Positions 1 to 18,200 of a stretch of DNA of 64,000 bases are shown piece after piece. A program made the position numbers and the translations under genes. Under the pieces are notes generated by a model. The model ran no database searches, had not been told where the DNA came from, and saw only the letters and a program-made list of their open reading frames with translations. Position 1 is the first letter of the stretch. The number at the start of each line of letters is the position of its first letter. Origin of the DNA: Hyphochytrium catenoides (lineage: Eukaryota; Protista; Hyphochytriomycota); assembly GCA_900088475.1 (NCBI GenBank), contig FLMG01001436.1, positions 1-64,000 on the forward strand, in the 5' to 3' direction.

Positions 1-54
1 TAGAGCGTCGGTCTCATAATCCGGAGGTCCTGGGTTCGATCCCCAGTTCGAGCA
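1..54 (+). tRNA. tRNA-Met(CAT), elongator type, 5'-truncated by the window edge
   Basis: Anticodon arm TCGGT-CTCATAA-TCCGG has CAT at 15-17 and the U31-U39 juxtaposition typical of eukaryotic elongator Met. T-arm is CTGGG-TTCGATC-CCCAG (TTC loop, not the initiator ATC). The 3' acceptor strand TTCGAGC is followed by discriminator A. A T4 run at 69-72 is a possible Pol III terminator. Confidence 0.93.
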
Positions 55-58
55 ACAG

Positions 59-459
59 CTCCCAGATCTTTTGGTTGATGGACCGATGAATTGAAGCTCT
101 GCAGCATGCGAAGGCCGCCGCAGACATTGCAAAGCGTCCACCATCAGAGCTCCTCCTCTTGCCTCTTGCCTGCCATAAAAGGAAGGAGTGGAATCTTGAA
201 TGTTCACGCCGGATTATTTACTTTTATTGGGAACAGATCACGCTTGAAGCTTTTTGTCCGATCTCCCAGATCTTTTGGTTGATGGACCGATGATGACTTG
301 AAGCTCTACAGCATGCGAAGGCCGCCACAGACATTGCAAAGCGTCAGAGCTCCTCCTCTTGCCTCTTGCCTGCCATAATAGGAAGGAGTGGAATCTAATG
401 TTCATGCCGGATTATTTACTTTTATTGGGAACAGACCACGCTTGAAGCTTTTGTCCGAT
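59..459. repeat. Two-copy tandem direct duplication of about 200 bp (59-262 and 263-459)
   Basis: Both copies start CTCCCAGATCTTTTGGTTGATGGACCGATG and end GCTTGAAGCTTTT(T)GTCCGAT. They differ by a few substitutions and small indels. Confidence 0.95.
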
Positions 460-555
460 CCGTTGGTTGACGAACTTCATTAATATTAAAATTAGTAGCG
501 CTACTCAATACACAAGGTTAAAGCTCTCTCTTCAAGAAAAGCAAGCACCCAGCTT

Positions 556-3500
556 CTATCGCGGGTAACCTCTTCCGCCTCGAGCCGCCACTGCTCCTCT
601 ACCTGCAGAAGGGTGCCTCCCTCCCACGCCACCTCTACCTCTTCCAGCTGCATATTGAGCCATCATCTGGGGAGTCTGCGGTAAGATATGTCCAGGATGC
701 ATTGGAGAGCTCGCCCTAGCCTTGTTCCTTGCCCTGCAGAGGTCAGCGAAAGCATCATCCACGCATTTCTTGAGATCCACGTAGGAAGCGATCAGAATGG
801 ATTGCTCGTCCCGACTACTCAGAAGAATCTTTTCTGAGTCTCCTAGATCTAGTCGATTTAGGCACTCGACCACATGCCCAAAGTCAATAATAGGTTCCTG
901 ATGCTCTCCCACTTGATGGAAAACATAGTCTCGGAAGAGCTTTAGCAGATAGCGGTCACCTAACGGGAGGGCCCAAGAAGAAGACGATTTAGTCGTGCAT
1001 AGCATCAGTATGCTGTATAGAGGTGTTTCGAGACCAGAATTATCGCATTACCTGTTTCCGCCCAGCTTGTATCCCTGTTATACTCTGGTCTCTCGTTTAT
1101 TACGCCTAGCTTGACCATCAGCTTGAAAAGGCGGCCATTCTCACACTCCTTCATCAGCTCTCCCTCCAAATTGTCGCAGTTCGCTGACATTCTGTCTAAC
1201 TCATCCATTAAATGGCGAGTGAGGAAGGCACTGCACACATCATAGATGCTGACGGGTTTACTAAGACAAAAGACCAAGTTAGAAGCTACGACTCGCCGAA
1301 GGCAACACCACAAAGTAAGATAAGACTACAGCCGAGCGGCAGGAAAGGAAGACCTGGGCTAGACAAGGACGATGTTGAACATACAAATGAGAAGAGTGCT
1401 AGATTCAGATGCCGCAAGCAAGAATGGCACTCCTTATTATATCCCTATCTTGCCCAACCCAAGGTTTACCTGATCATGGTGACGACGAAGTTCATCATCT
1501 CCGTCGAATAATGCTGGCCAATAAACTCGATTGACTTGTTCAGTGTGCTAGTTGTCACGTTTGCACGGCAGCACAAGCTAATTGCCAGCTTTCCTAAGCT
1601 GACTACATCCTCCTACAGAGCACCTTGTTATTACTTTGGAAAAAAGATAAGGCCACAGACCCAATGACCTGGGACGGATATCATAAGAAACGTCCTAGCG
1701 AAAGAAAACCATTGAGGCAGGACGTACAACGCAAAAAGTTTATTGACATAGAACAGAAATCACATTTCTTCATGTGAGATTGAGAAGGTCAAGTAAGTCA
1801 GAGGTAGTGTGACTCCCTACCTGTTGCATCTCAACTGCAGTTTTCTTTGACTCATGCTCAATAATATCCAATAGCCCGCAGCCATTTATTCTAAAGAGTC
1901 AAAGGGTTGTGAGTCTCTACATAGTTCTCCAAGAGGCTAGTTCCGGTCTCCTACCTGACTCTGTTGTGCCCAGTTAGGAGAATATGTGCTGGATTGATTA
2001 TTCTACATGCCAGACCTGCTCCATGGACAGTGCGAAGGGCAGAAGCAACTTGCGCTATGTACGACCATATCAACGACTCCGGCAACAGTTGAAGGCCCCT
2101 CTTATCAATCAGCCTGCCGAGTCCATCAAGCGAGGTAAAAGGATCATTAGAGCCGGCTAGCATCACTCGATAGTAAGGAGTGCTGCTGACCAATGAATAA
2201 ACTCTATGCTGAGAGAGGCTAATAACATAAAGCAGCCATTAGACCTCAACTCCACACTTCATCATTCCTCGTCACATCTACCTCTTATCTCGTCTAACCT
2301 GGATTGCAAGGATTCCGCTCCAGGATGGTAATCCCTAAGTGTGAAGAGCGCTCTGTGTTGACAGAACGCCCGGTGTAATGCAATTACATTTGGATGCCGC
2401 ACATTTCTCCACGTTTCCACCACCGCGTGACAGATTTCATTGGTAGAGCGCACGTTTTCAACTCGCCTTAGCGCGTATGGAAATCCATCTTCCCGACTAA
2501 TCACCTAAACAAAGCAAGCAAGCCTTGTAAACTCAGTCTTGCCGTGTGTAAGAGGCACAAGCACGAAAAGAAGTAGCGACAATAGCCCCACGATAGCAAA
2601 AGTACTACCAGCAAGAGAATCCTCATACTGCCTTGCTTACCTTGTAAACCGACGATGGATAGCCAAATGACCCGGCGGTGCCTCTCCGAACAGCCTCATT
2701 GTCTAGAGGATAGGCGCAATAATATTGAGCAGGAATCTCCTTATATCGTTCGTCATCTGGCTCTATCTGCCTTAGAATAAGCCCAGCTTGTTGCTGGTAG
2801 GTGGCTCTCAGAGTCTCGGCCATAGACAGTGACAGAAGAGTTCTCCTTCTGGGGGTCACCATTATGGAGGGCTCCCATTCAGGAAGAGTCTCGTCTTGGG
2901 TCATGAGTCCCATATTAAGCTGAGTGGCCGTGCCACCCTCTTCTATCAGCGCCTGACTTTCCGGAACAAAGAAAGTGCATCCCCCTAAACCAATCAACTT
3001 TAGATAGGCTGCCGGACGAAGCTCAATTATTCTGATGTGGCGCATTCGAACCCGAGGCAGTACTGCCCCCACCTGCCCGCGCCGGACGAAAGGTAAGATC
3101 CCCTACACTATTACCTATCGCACCTACTTCACTACATCGATGGGCCCCTTCTGCTGCTCTTACTGCCCTTCTTCCAATCGTCGTCTTCATATAATCCCAT
3201 AAAAGACTTGACGGTGAAAAGATATTCTTACCTCTAGTGACCTGCACCATCCGCTCTTTATGTGTCGGAGTAGCGGTGAGGCCCAAGTTCAGCCTAGGTA
3301 CAACTAGCGGAGATGTGGCCTGCTTTGGGATGAAAGGCGCTGCTGTGGAATTCATTCCGACGCTTGAAGGGGAAGTTGCAGAGAGTGTAGGCGTGGGAGA
3401 CTGAAAGCTTTTCTTGTTATAGGTGTCGGAAGAGTTCGGTGCAGCTCCTCCTGCGGTCGATTCTCCACCTCCCGCAGTCTGGGCTTTTGGAGTCCACGAG

Positions 3501-3643
3501 GCTTGTGGTGAAGTAGGACTAATCTTTCCTGGCACGAACGGCGCAGCAGTAGTCGTCAATCTGGAGCTTGGCGACTCTCCTTTCTGCTGTTGAGGAGATT
3601 GAAAGCTCCCCTGAGAGCTGTGGGGATTGCTCTGCATCGCCAT
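556..3643 (-). CDS. PAN3: PAN2-PAN3 deadenylase subunit PAN3 (pseudokinase plus C-terminal knob), multi-exon
   Basis: Spliced exons give SFGYPSSVYK, DGFPYALRRVEN, WRNVRHPNVIAL, LPESLIWSYIAQVASALRTVHGAGLACR, ECENGRLFKLMVKLGVINERPE and WAETG|DRYLLKLFRDYVFHQV, which are PAN3 signatures. PAM2-like motifs lie in the N-terminus. Introns are GT-AG. Confidence 0.95.
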
Positions 3644-4115
3644 AGGTTTGTGCGGTGATGTCCAGTTCTAAGAGTTATAGATTAGATGTCAGAGGAGTCT
3701 CGACAAGAAAGGAAAGAGCCCGGCGGTCGTCAGCGAAGCACTACTGAGACCACTACTTGTTGCAATAAAATATCGGAAGGAAGGTGCCTCAACAGAAGGA
3801 GTGCATAGCCTTAAAAGCGGATCCGGCAGAACGGGCTATGGTCAACAAAAGATGAGAGCAAGAACAACGAGGAGAGGCAACTCGGTGGAGAAGCTGGAAG
3901 TGGCACGTGAAAAATGATGGGGAAAGAGACTGCGTACACTATGCTGCAGCGGTGCCGAGCGGTCACTCTTTTGAGAGGGAGACCAGTACTGATTCTTGGA
4001 TGCCGAGTGGTTCTGTCGCCATTGACTGCTAGCAGTAAGATTTAGAGTGAGAGGCGGAGGTCGTGAACTGGAACTGACATCGCGAGCGTGATGCGAAGCA
4101 GGGAAAGCAGAAGGA

Positions 4116-4189
4116 AGAGAGAGAGAGATGCAGCGAGAGAACTTCTAAGAGACAAGAGAGAGACACTGGGCGAGAGAGAGAGAGAGAGG
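4116..4189. repeat. Imperfect (GA)n microsatellite upstream of PAN3
   Basis: GA dinucleotide runs at about 4116-4128 and 4172-4188, which read (CT)n on the PAN3 sense strand. Confidence 0.8.
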
Positions 4190-5821
4190 AATAGTCACTG
4201 TGACGGAGTGAGAGGAGGGATAGATGAGGATAGGTAGAAGCTCAATTGGGGCGGTCCAATGCAAAATGGTCCTGGGTTACAGGTACAAAGGAATGAGGCG
4301 CTGGCGGTACACCTAAGCAGCTTACTCGCGTTGTCTCTCATCCTTGGATTGCATCATTGTGAGGTCTCGAATGGTCTTGGCGTAGGCTCTAAACGGCTTC
4401 ACAAGGCCAGCCTGTGGGCTACCACCAGCCAATATAAGAGCATTAGGTGTCTGACACTCAAGGGCTTTGCAAGCGGTCCACAGGCGAAGGTGGACAGAAG
4501 ACGATGAGGACTATCGTCCTAAGCGCATATGGTAGCAATAGCTAGACCTCTGTCGCCCCTTACCATTCTCATCCTTTACTTATCTAGAGGAGACAGGTGA
4601 GCCCATGTGGCGCTAGCGCATACCACTTAATCAGAAACGGTCGTTACCGCTTACGCCCCTGTGTGGGTGCGGTCAGGCGAGTCGCATAGCCCTCTTAACA
4701 TAAGCCTCGGTCAAAGTAGGAGAGGATTACCCAGTGCGCGAGACCAATAGAGGCGCCACGTCAAAGTTAGGTCCCCTTTCCAATGGGAGGAGGAACAGTG
4801 GTTCCGTCTGGTTTGTCCCCTCCGAAGTCCCAGAGAGCTCCTCCCAAACAGCAGGATCCGGGCATATACACAGGAGAAAGATCGGATATTATCGTCAACT
4901 TGGCCCTGTCCAGACTCAGAGGAAGAAATCTATCGAGAGGAGCAGCACGAGGGAGATGGAGAAACGTCTGTCTTTGCTGTCAACCTCCCCTTGTGCTCCT
5001 CTCTCTCTCTCTGCAGCATCTGCTTGATGAGAAGAGGAAGCTGGCAAGCTCTTTATTAAAATGTTACCGCAGCGCTCTTCTGCTGTAGGATGAACAAAGG
5101 ATTGTCTGATAGTCTCACCACTCCGAGACAGAATAGTTCTTAGAGGAGGTCTTGAGGGATAAATAGATGCGCCATATATAGGGGGAAAGACTGTAAAGGT
5201 AGGGTGACAGAGGGCCGTTGCCTAGCGAGACAGATCAAAATGAGACATCGACCTTGTTCAACAACGGTACCTACTGAAGTGTGTTACCTCCTCTACCCAC
5301 CCACAGAGACACTCCCTGGATAAGGGTCCTCATATGTTCTGCCAATAGGGGGAAGCTCCTACTCCATAGGGGGAAGGCTCTACCCCCGCTAGGTCTCACC
5401 GTTGAGAAAAATGGTTGAGACTTGATGAGACAGCACAACAGTTCGGTTTGGGTTACATTTCCCTTATTAATTAGAGTTCAATACTGACAGGATGGTCGGG
5501 GCGACTGAACCATGCTGAAGGCACGCTGCGCAGCAGCCAAAGGTCGACGGGGAAGCTGAAGGAAGAAGGATCTATACTCCTCCCTGACGGTTAGGTGAGC
5601 GGAAGGCTTGGCGGTGGGCGGAGAGCGCTGAGGATGACTCTGACGGTCCTACATCCCTGTACTACGTGCTCCGTGGCCATTAGGCTATGTCCATGCACTA
5701 GTACTCAGTGGCTGTTATGATTGGAGGCAACAACCAATCGTGTGAGGCTTGACATTATTAGTGCTGCAGCAGCTAGAGCTTATGAGTGCAACTTTTTCCA
5801 TTAGATCCTATTGGTTCTATC

Positions 5822-11371
<5,550 letters not shown>

Positions 11372-12294
11372 CGTAAGAACGCACGATAGTTTGCTCTGTC
11401 TCCTAACACGCGCGTCACAATAGTTCTACTAACCCTGTCTTCCCACCGCCGCGATGCGCAACTCAGTCAATGAGAAGCAGACTCCCTTACTCTCCCCAAT
11501 CTCTGCTGTTGGTCAGAGGTGTCCTGATGCGCTGTTTGCCTTTGTCTGCCAGAGCGGGAGCTCGGCCTCGGTGGAGCTCTTGAAATATTTGGGCTCGCCC
11601 AGAAATGAAAGCGTTCCCAAGTGCCAAACTTTCAAGATTTCATTCACCTGAATACTTCAAGTAACACACATACAGCTATACGGACTGACCCTCAAAGTTC
11701 CCATCTTTACTTCCAAGCTTTCACGTGTGTGATATCTTCATTCTCCGTGTTGGATGTGCTCTTCAGCCTTCATTTGAAGCTGATGACAGTCTCCAGACAG
11801 GCACCATCATCCTCGAGGGACAAGCCACGAAGCATTTGTTGGAGACCGTATAGTATCCTTCTACAGTCTTGCATCGTGGACTAGAAGGCTAGGTAGAGGT
11901 AGAGAGTCAAGGGCTTGCCCTCCTGCATTGGAGCTTGATGAGCTGCCCATAGGTACTGGTAAGGAGATGCTGGCGATAAGGGGTTTATAGCTATCTTAGA
12001 TCATAGTTTGGCTGTATGTTGGGCTGTACTCCTCCGCTCCCCTAGGCGTGGTTCACTATATCTTTCTCTTCGTCCACCATCCGTGCGGAACAAATGAAGG
12101 CCAACTGAAAATAGAAAAGCATTCGTGGTTCAGATTATTAGACCTTGTTGGCGTTGGCACAGCTTCCCTGATGGCTGTGCCTCTGCACTTACTGACAGCT
12201 ATCTAGCCCTTGCGGTTTAATCCTTTTAGGCCCTAGACTGACAGACCTAAGTCTGTAAAGATACTGGCTCTTTGCTGGTGCCTTGGCGAAGCAT

Positions 12295-15200
12295 CTACCA
12301 GAATGGGCACCTTAAGGAGTGGAGGTAGTGAGGGATGGGGATGGACACAAACGGGTTGGTGAGAGNNNNNNNNNNNNNNNNNNNNNNNNNNNNNNNCAGA
12401 GCTCTAGGAATAAGAGTAACCAGAACTGATCCTTACCATCCTGTGAAGCACTGGCACAAATTCTCATGCGATGTGGCTGCCTCAATGAGCTTTTGAACCT
12501 GAAGGGAGAAATGAGTGCCATCAACTAAATGCCTAGGGTTCTAGGAAAGGAAGGCCACACCCATCTATACGCTCACGACAGAGAGGCAGGGCTTGTGCGA
12601 GAGTAAGGAGTAGGAACTAAATGGCTACGGTCAGATCCTACGTCATCTACCCCCGCCCGCCGCGCTACGATTTTGCGAACAAGAGGAGCTTCTTATAGGA
12701 CGTAGGATCTGTGCCTTTACCTGAGAAGGGACATCCAGAGGATCCCTAGAGCGGTCTGCGTACTTGGCAAAGTCTCGCCCAGTGAGTTTGTCTTGAACCC
12801 TGTTGATTACGGCCAATGCCTTTTGATTTAAGGCCTCCCGGGGTGCAGCGGCTCCCTCAGGACCTGCCCAATGGTGGAGATAAGAAGGACGTTTAGAAAT
12901 CCCTCTCTCGCTTTTCCTCTGGTTCACTTTGTTTACCTAGGGCTTGGAGAAGCTCTCTTTCTCTATGACTCCGATTCGCTTGAATGCTTCCGCCCACGGA
13001 GGCAGCTGTGCTTCCGTCATTCCCATAGTTAACAACGCTAGCACAGTATAGAAATGCAGAGTTAACCAGTCTGATAAGAGAAAAACAGAAAAGCCTCAGC
13101 ATGGGATATGTATGAGCAACAGCAAAAACCCATAATAACAACAGAGTTCCTCAGCGCTCAAGGGTACTGTCTCTCTGGATCGCTAAGCACGAAAGAAGGT
13201 TCAAGCAATATGTGGCAGTTCGTTAAGATGTATACCTTCCATGTCCCACGATTGACAAGGAAGAGGCAAGGTTCTGCATCTCAATGTGCAGCCTCCCGCT
13301 GAGGACAGAGGCACTCAGTCCTGTTGGCTTCTGTACAGCCAGTCCTTGCTGCGAGACACTCTTCTGTCCTCTATCTCCGCCCTTACGTGAGAAAGAGGGG
13401 GATATAGAGGTGAAGCCGTAACCAAGGAGCCTGACCCCAGTGATGGCAAATCATAGCTTAGCCACCTACCTCGCCATTCTCTTGGTCTTCTGTTTGACCG
13501 TTAGGAACTTCTTGATGACTGTCTCCGTTCTCCTTTGTCGGAAGAGACTGATCAGGACCCTGGGACCCTGGAGGCAGTCCATCAGCAGCAGAAGAAGGGC
13601 CCGTTCGATTATGAATGCTGCGACGGGAGAAATCAATACTCCCAGAACGATCTCGCGCTGGACTAGCCTCGTTTGGCGTGAGCTAGCAAGAACTAAAAGT
13701 TAGAGCAAGCCCAAAGCTAGAAAAGATGTCGGAGCAAGAGCGCTTGACGTGAAGGAAAGGCGGTAGTAAAGGAAAGCAGCATAGACTTCCGAAACAGGGT
13801 GATAGGTAGGGGTGAGAAGTCTTAAGTCGAGACCACCACAAGTGAAAGGCTAAGATGGTCTGGAGTCATTACCAGTCGCCAGCATATTAGTGGGTCATGG
13901 ACAAAGGCTTCCAGCATTGCCATGAGAGAGTCCTTGTTTTCTCTAAGCACATTCATCACACTCTCACACGTATGTCTGAAGTTCCCCTCTATTCCGCTCA
14001 CTTCCATGGCGTTGGTTAGCATCCGAGTCAAACGGAACGGTATTTTCTCAGGATACTTTTCCCTGGAGGGATTCAGCAGCCATTAGTAGCGGCAATAGGC
14101 ATCCAAATTGCCCCATCGGCGGCTAGCTACCTGTGCATCGCCACTTCAAAACAGTCTCCAAAGTCGATGTGGAGGATCTTGCCTGGATGCGAGAAGTTAG
14201 AGTGAAGATGGATTACCTTAGGCAAACCAGGTGAGAAAATAGGGTGGTGGTGCGTCTTGTTGGATGAGGCAAATATAGAGAAACGAAGACCCATAGGTTT
14301 CTACCTCATCTCGCGTCAAAGAGTATTGGAATAAAAGGCAAAGACTGTGAGAAGGCAAAGAATGTGAGAAGGTAAAGATAAAGAAGGCATATATATGCCC
14401 ACGTCGCGTGACGAGATGGCACATGTAGCTCTATGTACCTGTAAATCTGTGGAGCATAAGATTTGAAGGATGCCTATCACCGAGCCCAAGAATGTACCCA
14501 ACCATAGACATAACGGCCAAGGATCGCGTGAAGTTTGTTCTTCGGTCTAGCCAGACCTCAGAATTCCTAGAGGTGAGCCATAGAACCTTGTATAGGTCCT
14601 GGCCAGCAGTGTTGGCCAGGGCATAATCCAATACCTCCACCTAAGACCATACATTAGAAAGAGCAAAAAGGAAAAAGTAGTTTCGCAAAAGAGCCAAGTA
14701 CATAGTTATTAGGCTGGCATATTCTTCGTCCATAGTCCTCGAAATAATCATCGATAAGATAGAAACAGTGATTCCAAACTCACCTTTTGTATGAGTGTAA
14801 GGTTGTCATACTCTGGTGCCATTTGCATCATGAGCCGGTGCTCAATATTAAGGAGAATTTTCCTACTATCTCGATAGTCGCGGATCAACTGATGGATGGT
14901 GTCACAATGAGGCACCCAGCCCACCACCCCAACGTTGTGGGAGAGTGGGATGACAGCATAGCGCTGTATGCTCAGATCCCTCTAGAAAAAGGAAGAGCGG
15001 TTAGAAGTCTTTATGCTTAACGAACGGCTAGCGCCGCCCAGGAAGGAGTTTGGTAATAAGTTAACAAAAATTGCGGAAGCAAACAGTATAGAGCGCAGCC
15101 AGCAAGAATTGTTCCTTACTTTAGACGTTGTCCTATCATTCACCAAAAGCGCATTAACCAAGCCAAAGAGCTGCATGACTCTTTCATCCTGCCGGAGGTC

Positions 15201-18200
15201 TTCGTGGCCCTTTAAAAGGAACACATATTCATGTCCATCGCTCCCAAGCATGGTGATCTTCCTTCATTTGTCCACAACAAGATGGAGAAGTGGGTGTGTC
15301 AGGTTGAGAAAAGTAGTCATTGTAGGTCACGATCATTGCTGCACAGGCAACCAGCCCGTCCGAGAATAGATATCCCTTCATCCTTGCTCTCAGAGTGCTT
15401 TGACAGCACAGGCCAACACTCGACCTCAATGCCTTCAAGATTCTCTCTCTGGGCTTACCGTGGCCTCTGCTTTGTGAAGATGACCTGGATGTTTGGCAAG
15501 AAGGAGCGGATCTTGACAACCGGTTTCCCAGCCCGATAAGTACCTGAAGTTGTGGAAAGTAACGGTCATTTTAGACTTTGCCACATTTGCCAGATACTAA
15601 GAATGTCGGAACGTCTGACTTTTACGTGCTAAAGTATAGTGAGGAGTTCGCTAAGGTATGACTTATAAGTGCGATCATGCACCTCCAGGTGAGCTCTTTC
15701 TCGCTTCTTTCTCTCTCTTTGTAAATGTTTGGCATACCTGGTATAGCAAGATCAAGATCCTTCGCTTCTAATAGAGACTCGGAGACGTATTGCAGCTCTA
15801 GTGAGGTCAGCTGGGGAAGTTGCTTGTTAATCCGCCTAAATATGTGATAGTAAAGATCCCAAGCACGCTGGATGTCGGAATCCCTCTGCCGCTCGTTAAG
15901 CTCGTATCGCTGAGTCCACTGTTGGGCCTGGCACGTGCACGAAAGAGGGCAAGAGGAATTAGATGATGTGTGACGTGAAGTAATAGAGCTGAAGCTCAAT
16001 CCGTTGTGCCTTTAGCAGCGAAGACAAAGCAGGCCAGCATGTCTTTTGCCTTACCAAGTAACAGAAAGAACAAACAATACCTATACCTCAGTGACGGAAT
16101 ATTGAGACACATACAAAAGCTAGATACCTCAGCAAGCTCCTTTCCAAAGGCTTGCACAAAAGCCTCTTCTCTTAACGTTTCTGGCCCGTTCTCCATTAAC
16201 TGATGGAGAGGACGGAGTGTTGCCAACATGCCTTACGAAAGTTTTCGCTGTCAGTCCAAGCAGTCACCATAGAGTTGCAACAAATAGCCTTAACAAAAAA
16301 TGATGCTCTTACCATCAACATCATTTTCAACAAAGAAGAGTCGGGAAGCCTCTTGAATGCCCTCATGCCAGAGTTCATGCCACAGTATTGCAACACGGAT
16401 AAGTTCCTTGCTCACAAGAAGAGCCTGCACTCACGACAACAACAAGTATCAGGGGGACGTTAAGACCACCTAATCGGTCGAAAAGAAGGTGCCAGCTGTA
16501 CCTGATCAACCAACGCTGCATTCTCCTTACGTAAAAAGTGCATAATGGCCTCAGCAGCCTGCTGCCGTAATGCTAGGGGGCTGAAAGGAAGGCAACCGTA
16601 ATCAAAGGTCGAGCAAACGATTCAAAAAACGTTAAGTCCAATACTGAACCTCTTGAGAGCCACAGACAGAGGGTATATCAGAGCCTGGGGGTGCTTCGCA
16701 CCAACCCTGCATAGGAGTTGATGCAGCTGCTTCCGGATGTGAGGGTTGGGAGTGTGGATTCGTGCAATTAGCTGAGGCACTACTCCAAGCCACCTATATT
16801 GTTAGAGAAGGAAATAGGGCTGAGTAAACTGGTCCTGACTATTGGAAGGCAATAGGGTAGCAATAGCGAGGTTATGAACCAAGAAGGTGATGATGGGCCA
16901 TTCTACAGCAAGTCGGAAAAGAATTGCAGCAACCCCTATCCAGAAGAAAACGCGATACGAGACAGCGATAATGTGTAGACTCGCAGCTCCACCACTTTTG
17001 AACTGCCAAGAAGTCCCTGAGTCTTACGTATCAATGTTGACACTTTCGAAGCCTCGGGCCAATGTTGCCTGCACCTCGGGTCGGTGGCCATGGGCAAACC
17101 ATAACGTAAGTAGGCGTAGGATATCTTGTTGCACATTAGCCTCCCATCGAGACCGGCCTAGTGCTATCGAACGAAAGAAGCCTGGACCGGAGGGGAAGAG
17201 GTTGAATGGGTCAGGACCATAGAAATTTGAGCTCTCAATGTTCAAAAGGAGATAAACGGAGACATGACGTTGATGAAGCAATGCCTTCTGTCCAGTCTTA
17301 GAGTGGGAACACGAAACGACAGGAACAGGAATAAGCTTCGTACCTTCTATAGCAGGAGCAACGTATGGACCAACAAACTGGTAAGGCATCCGTCTCCTAT
17401 TGAGCTGCTCGACCACCTGGCGGAGTGGGCCATCAGTTAGTCCCACGAAGGCCCAACGCTGATCTCCTCCTGTCCCAATTCCTCGCGCCCTAACTGAGGT
17501 CGTTCTTCCACTTAGGATGCTCTGGCCAGGTCATCCTGGAAGTCCTACCTTGAAATTCATAAAGGCCCAAGAATGCCAAGCTTTGTAACTGGTAGGATCG
17601 AGACGTGTCGCCCTCCTAAAGGAGGTTAGCACCGCTTCAGCATTGACATGATCCAGATTGTCAGGATTACGGGCCAGCTGCCATTCTCCGACTTTCAAGT
17701 AACACTTCACTTTCAGCTTTTCTTCGCCGGGCCCGAGAACTCGTAGAAGACCTACAACGTGAGGATAGCAGACCGAAGATAAGGTCACTGTTATATCTCA
17801 TCACCAGCTGGCTAGCACTTATAGATCGCGCATAGTGCAAATATTGCACTGGTGGAGGGCCACCGGAACCTGAAGAAAGCGGAAGACGACTTTCCGACTT
17901 CAAAATAAGTACGAACAAAGATCGTTCCCTCACTCAAAATAACAGGTACCTTGAAGTTCACCTAGAGCCGTGTTAGTTTCTCCGACCTCCCAGTGGTGCT
18001 TCAAGAAGGCGAATACAACGCGGTGATATTGTGCAGGGCTATAGCCCATGCGATCGGCGTTGGCTAATGCGCTATCTCCAATATCTATAGCGCACTATAT
18101 TAGTTCGATCGAAACCCGCCGCCCTTGTCGTCTCTCTTCGCTACCATTTGTTTTTGTACCCTCACGTCCTTTGTGCGATACTATCTAAAACATACCTGCT

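Noticed and set aside
285-460. tRNA-snoRNA dicistron (ATGATGA box C at 290-296 downstream of tRNA-Met)
   Set aside because: No CTGA box D follows, the other repeat copy lacks the box, and a T4 run lies between the tRNA and the box.
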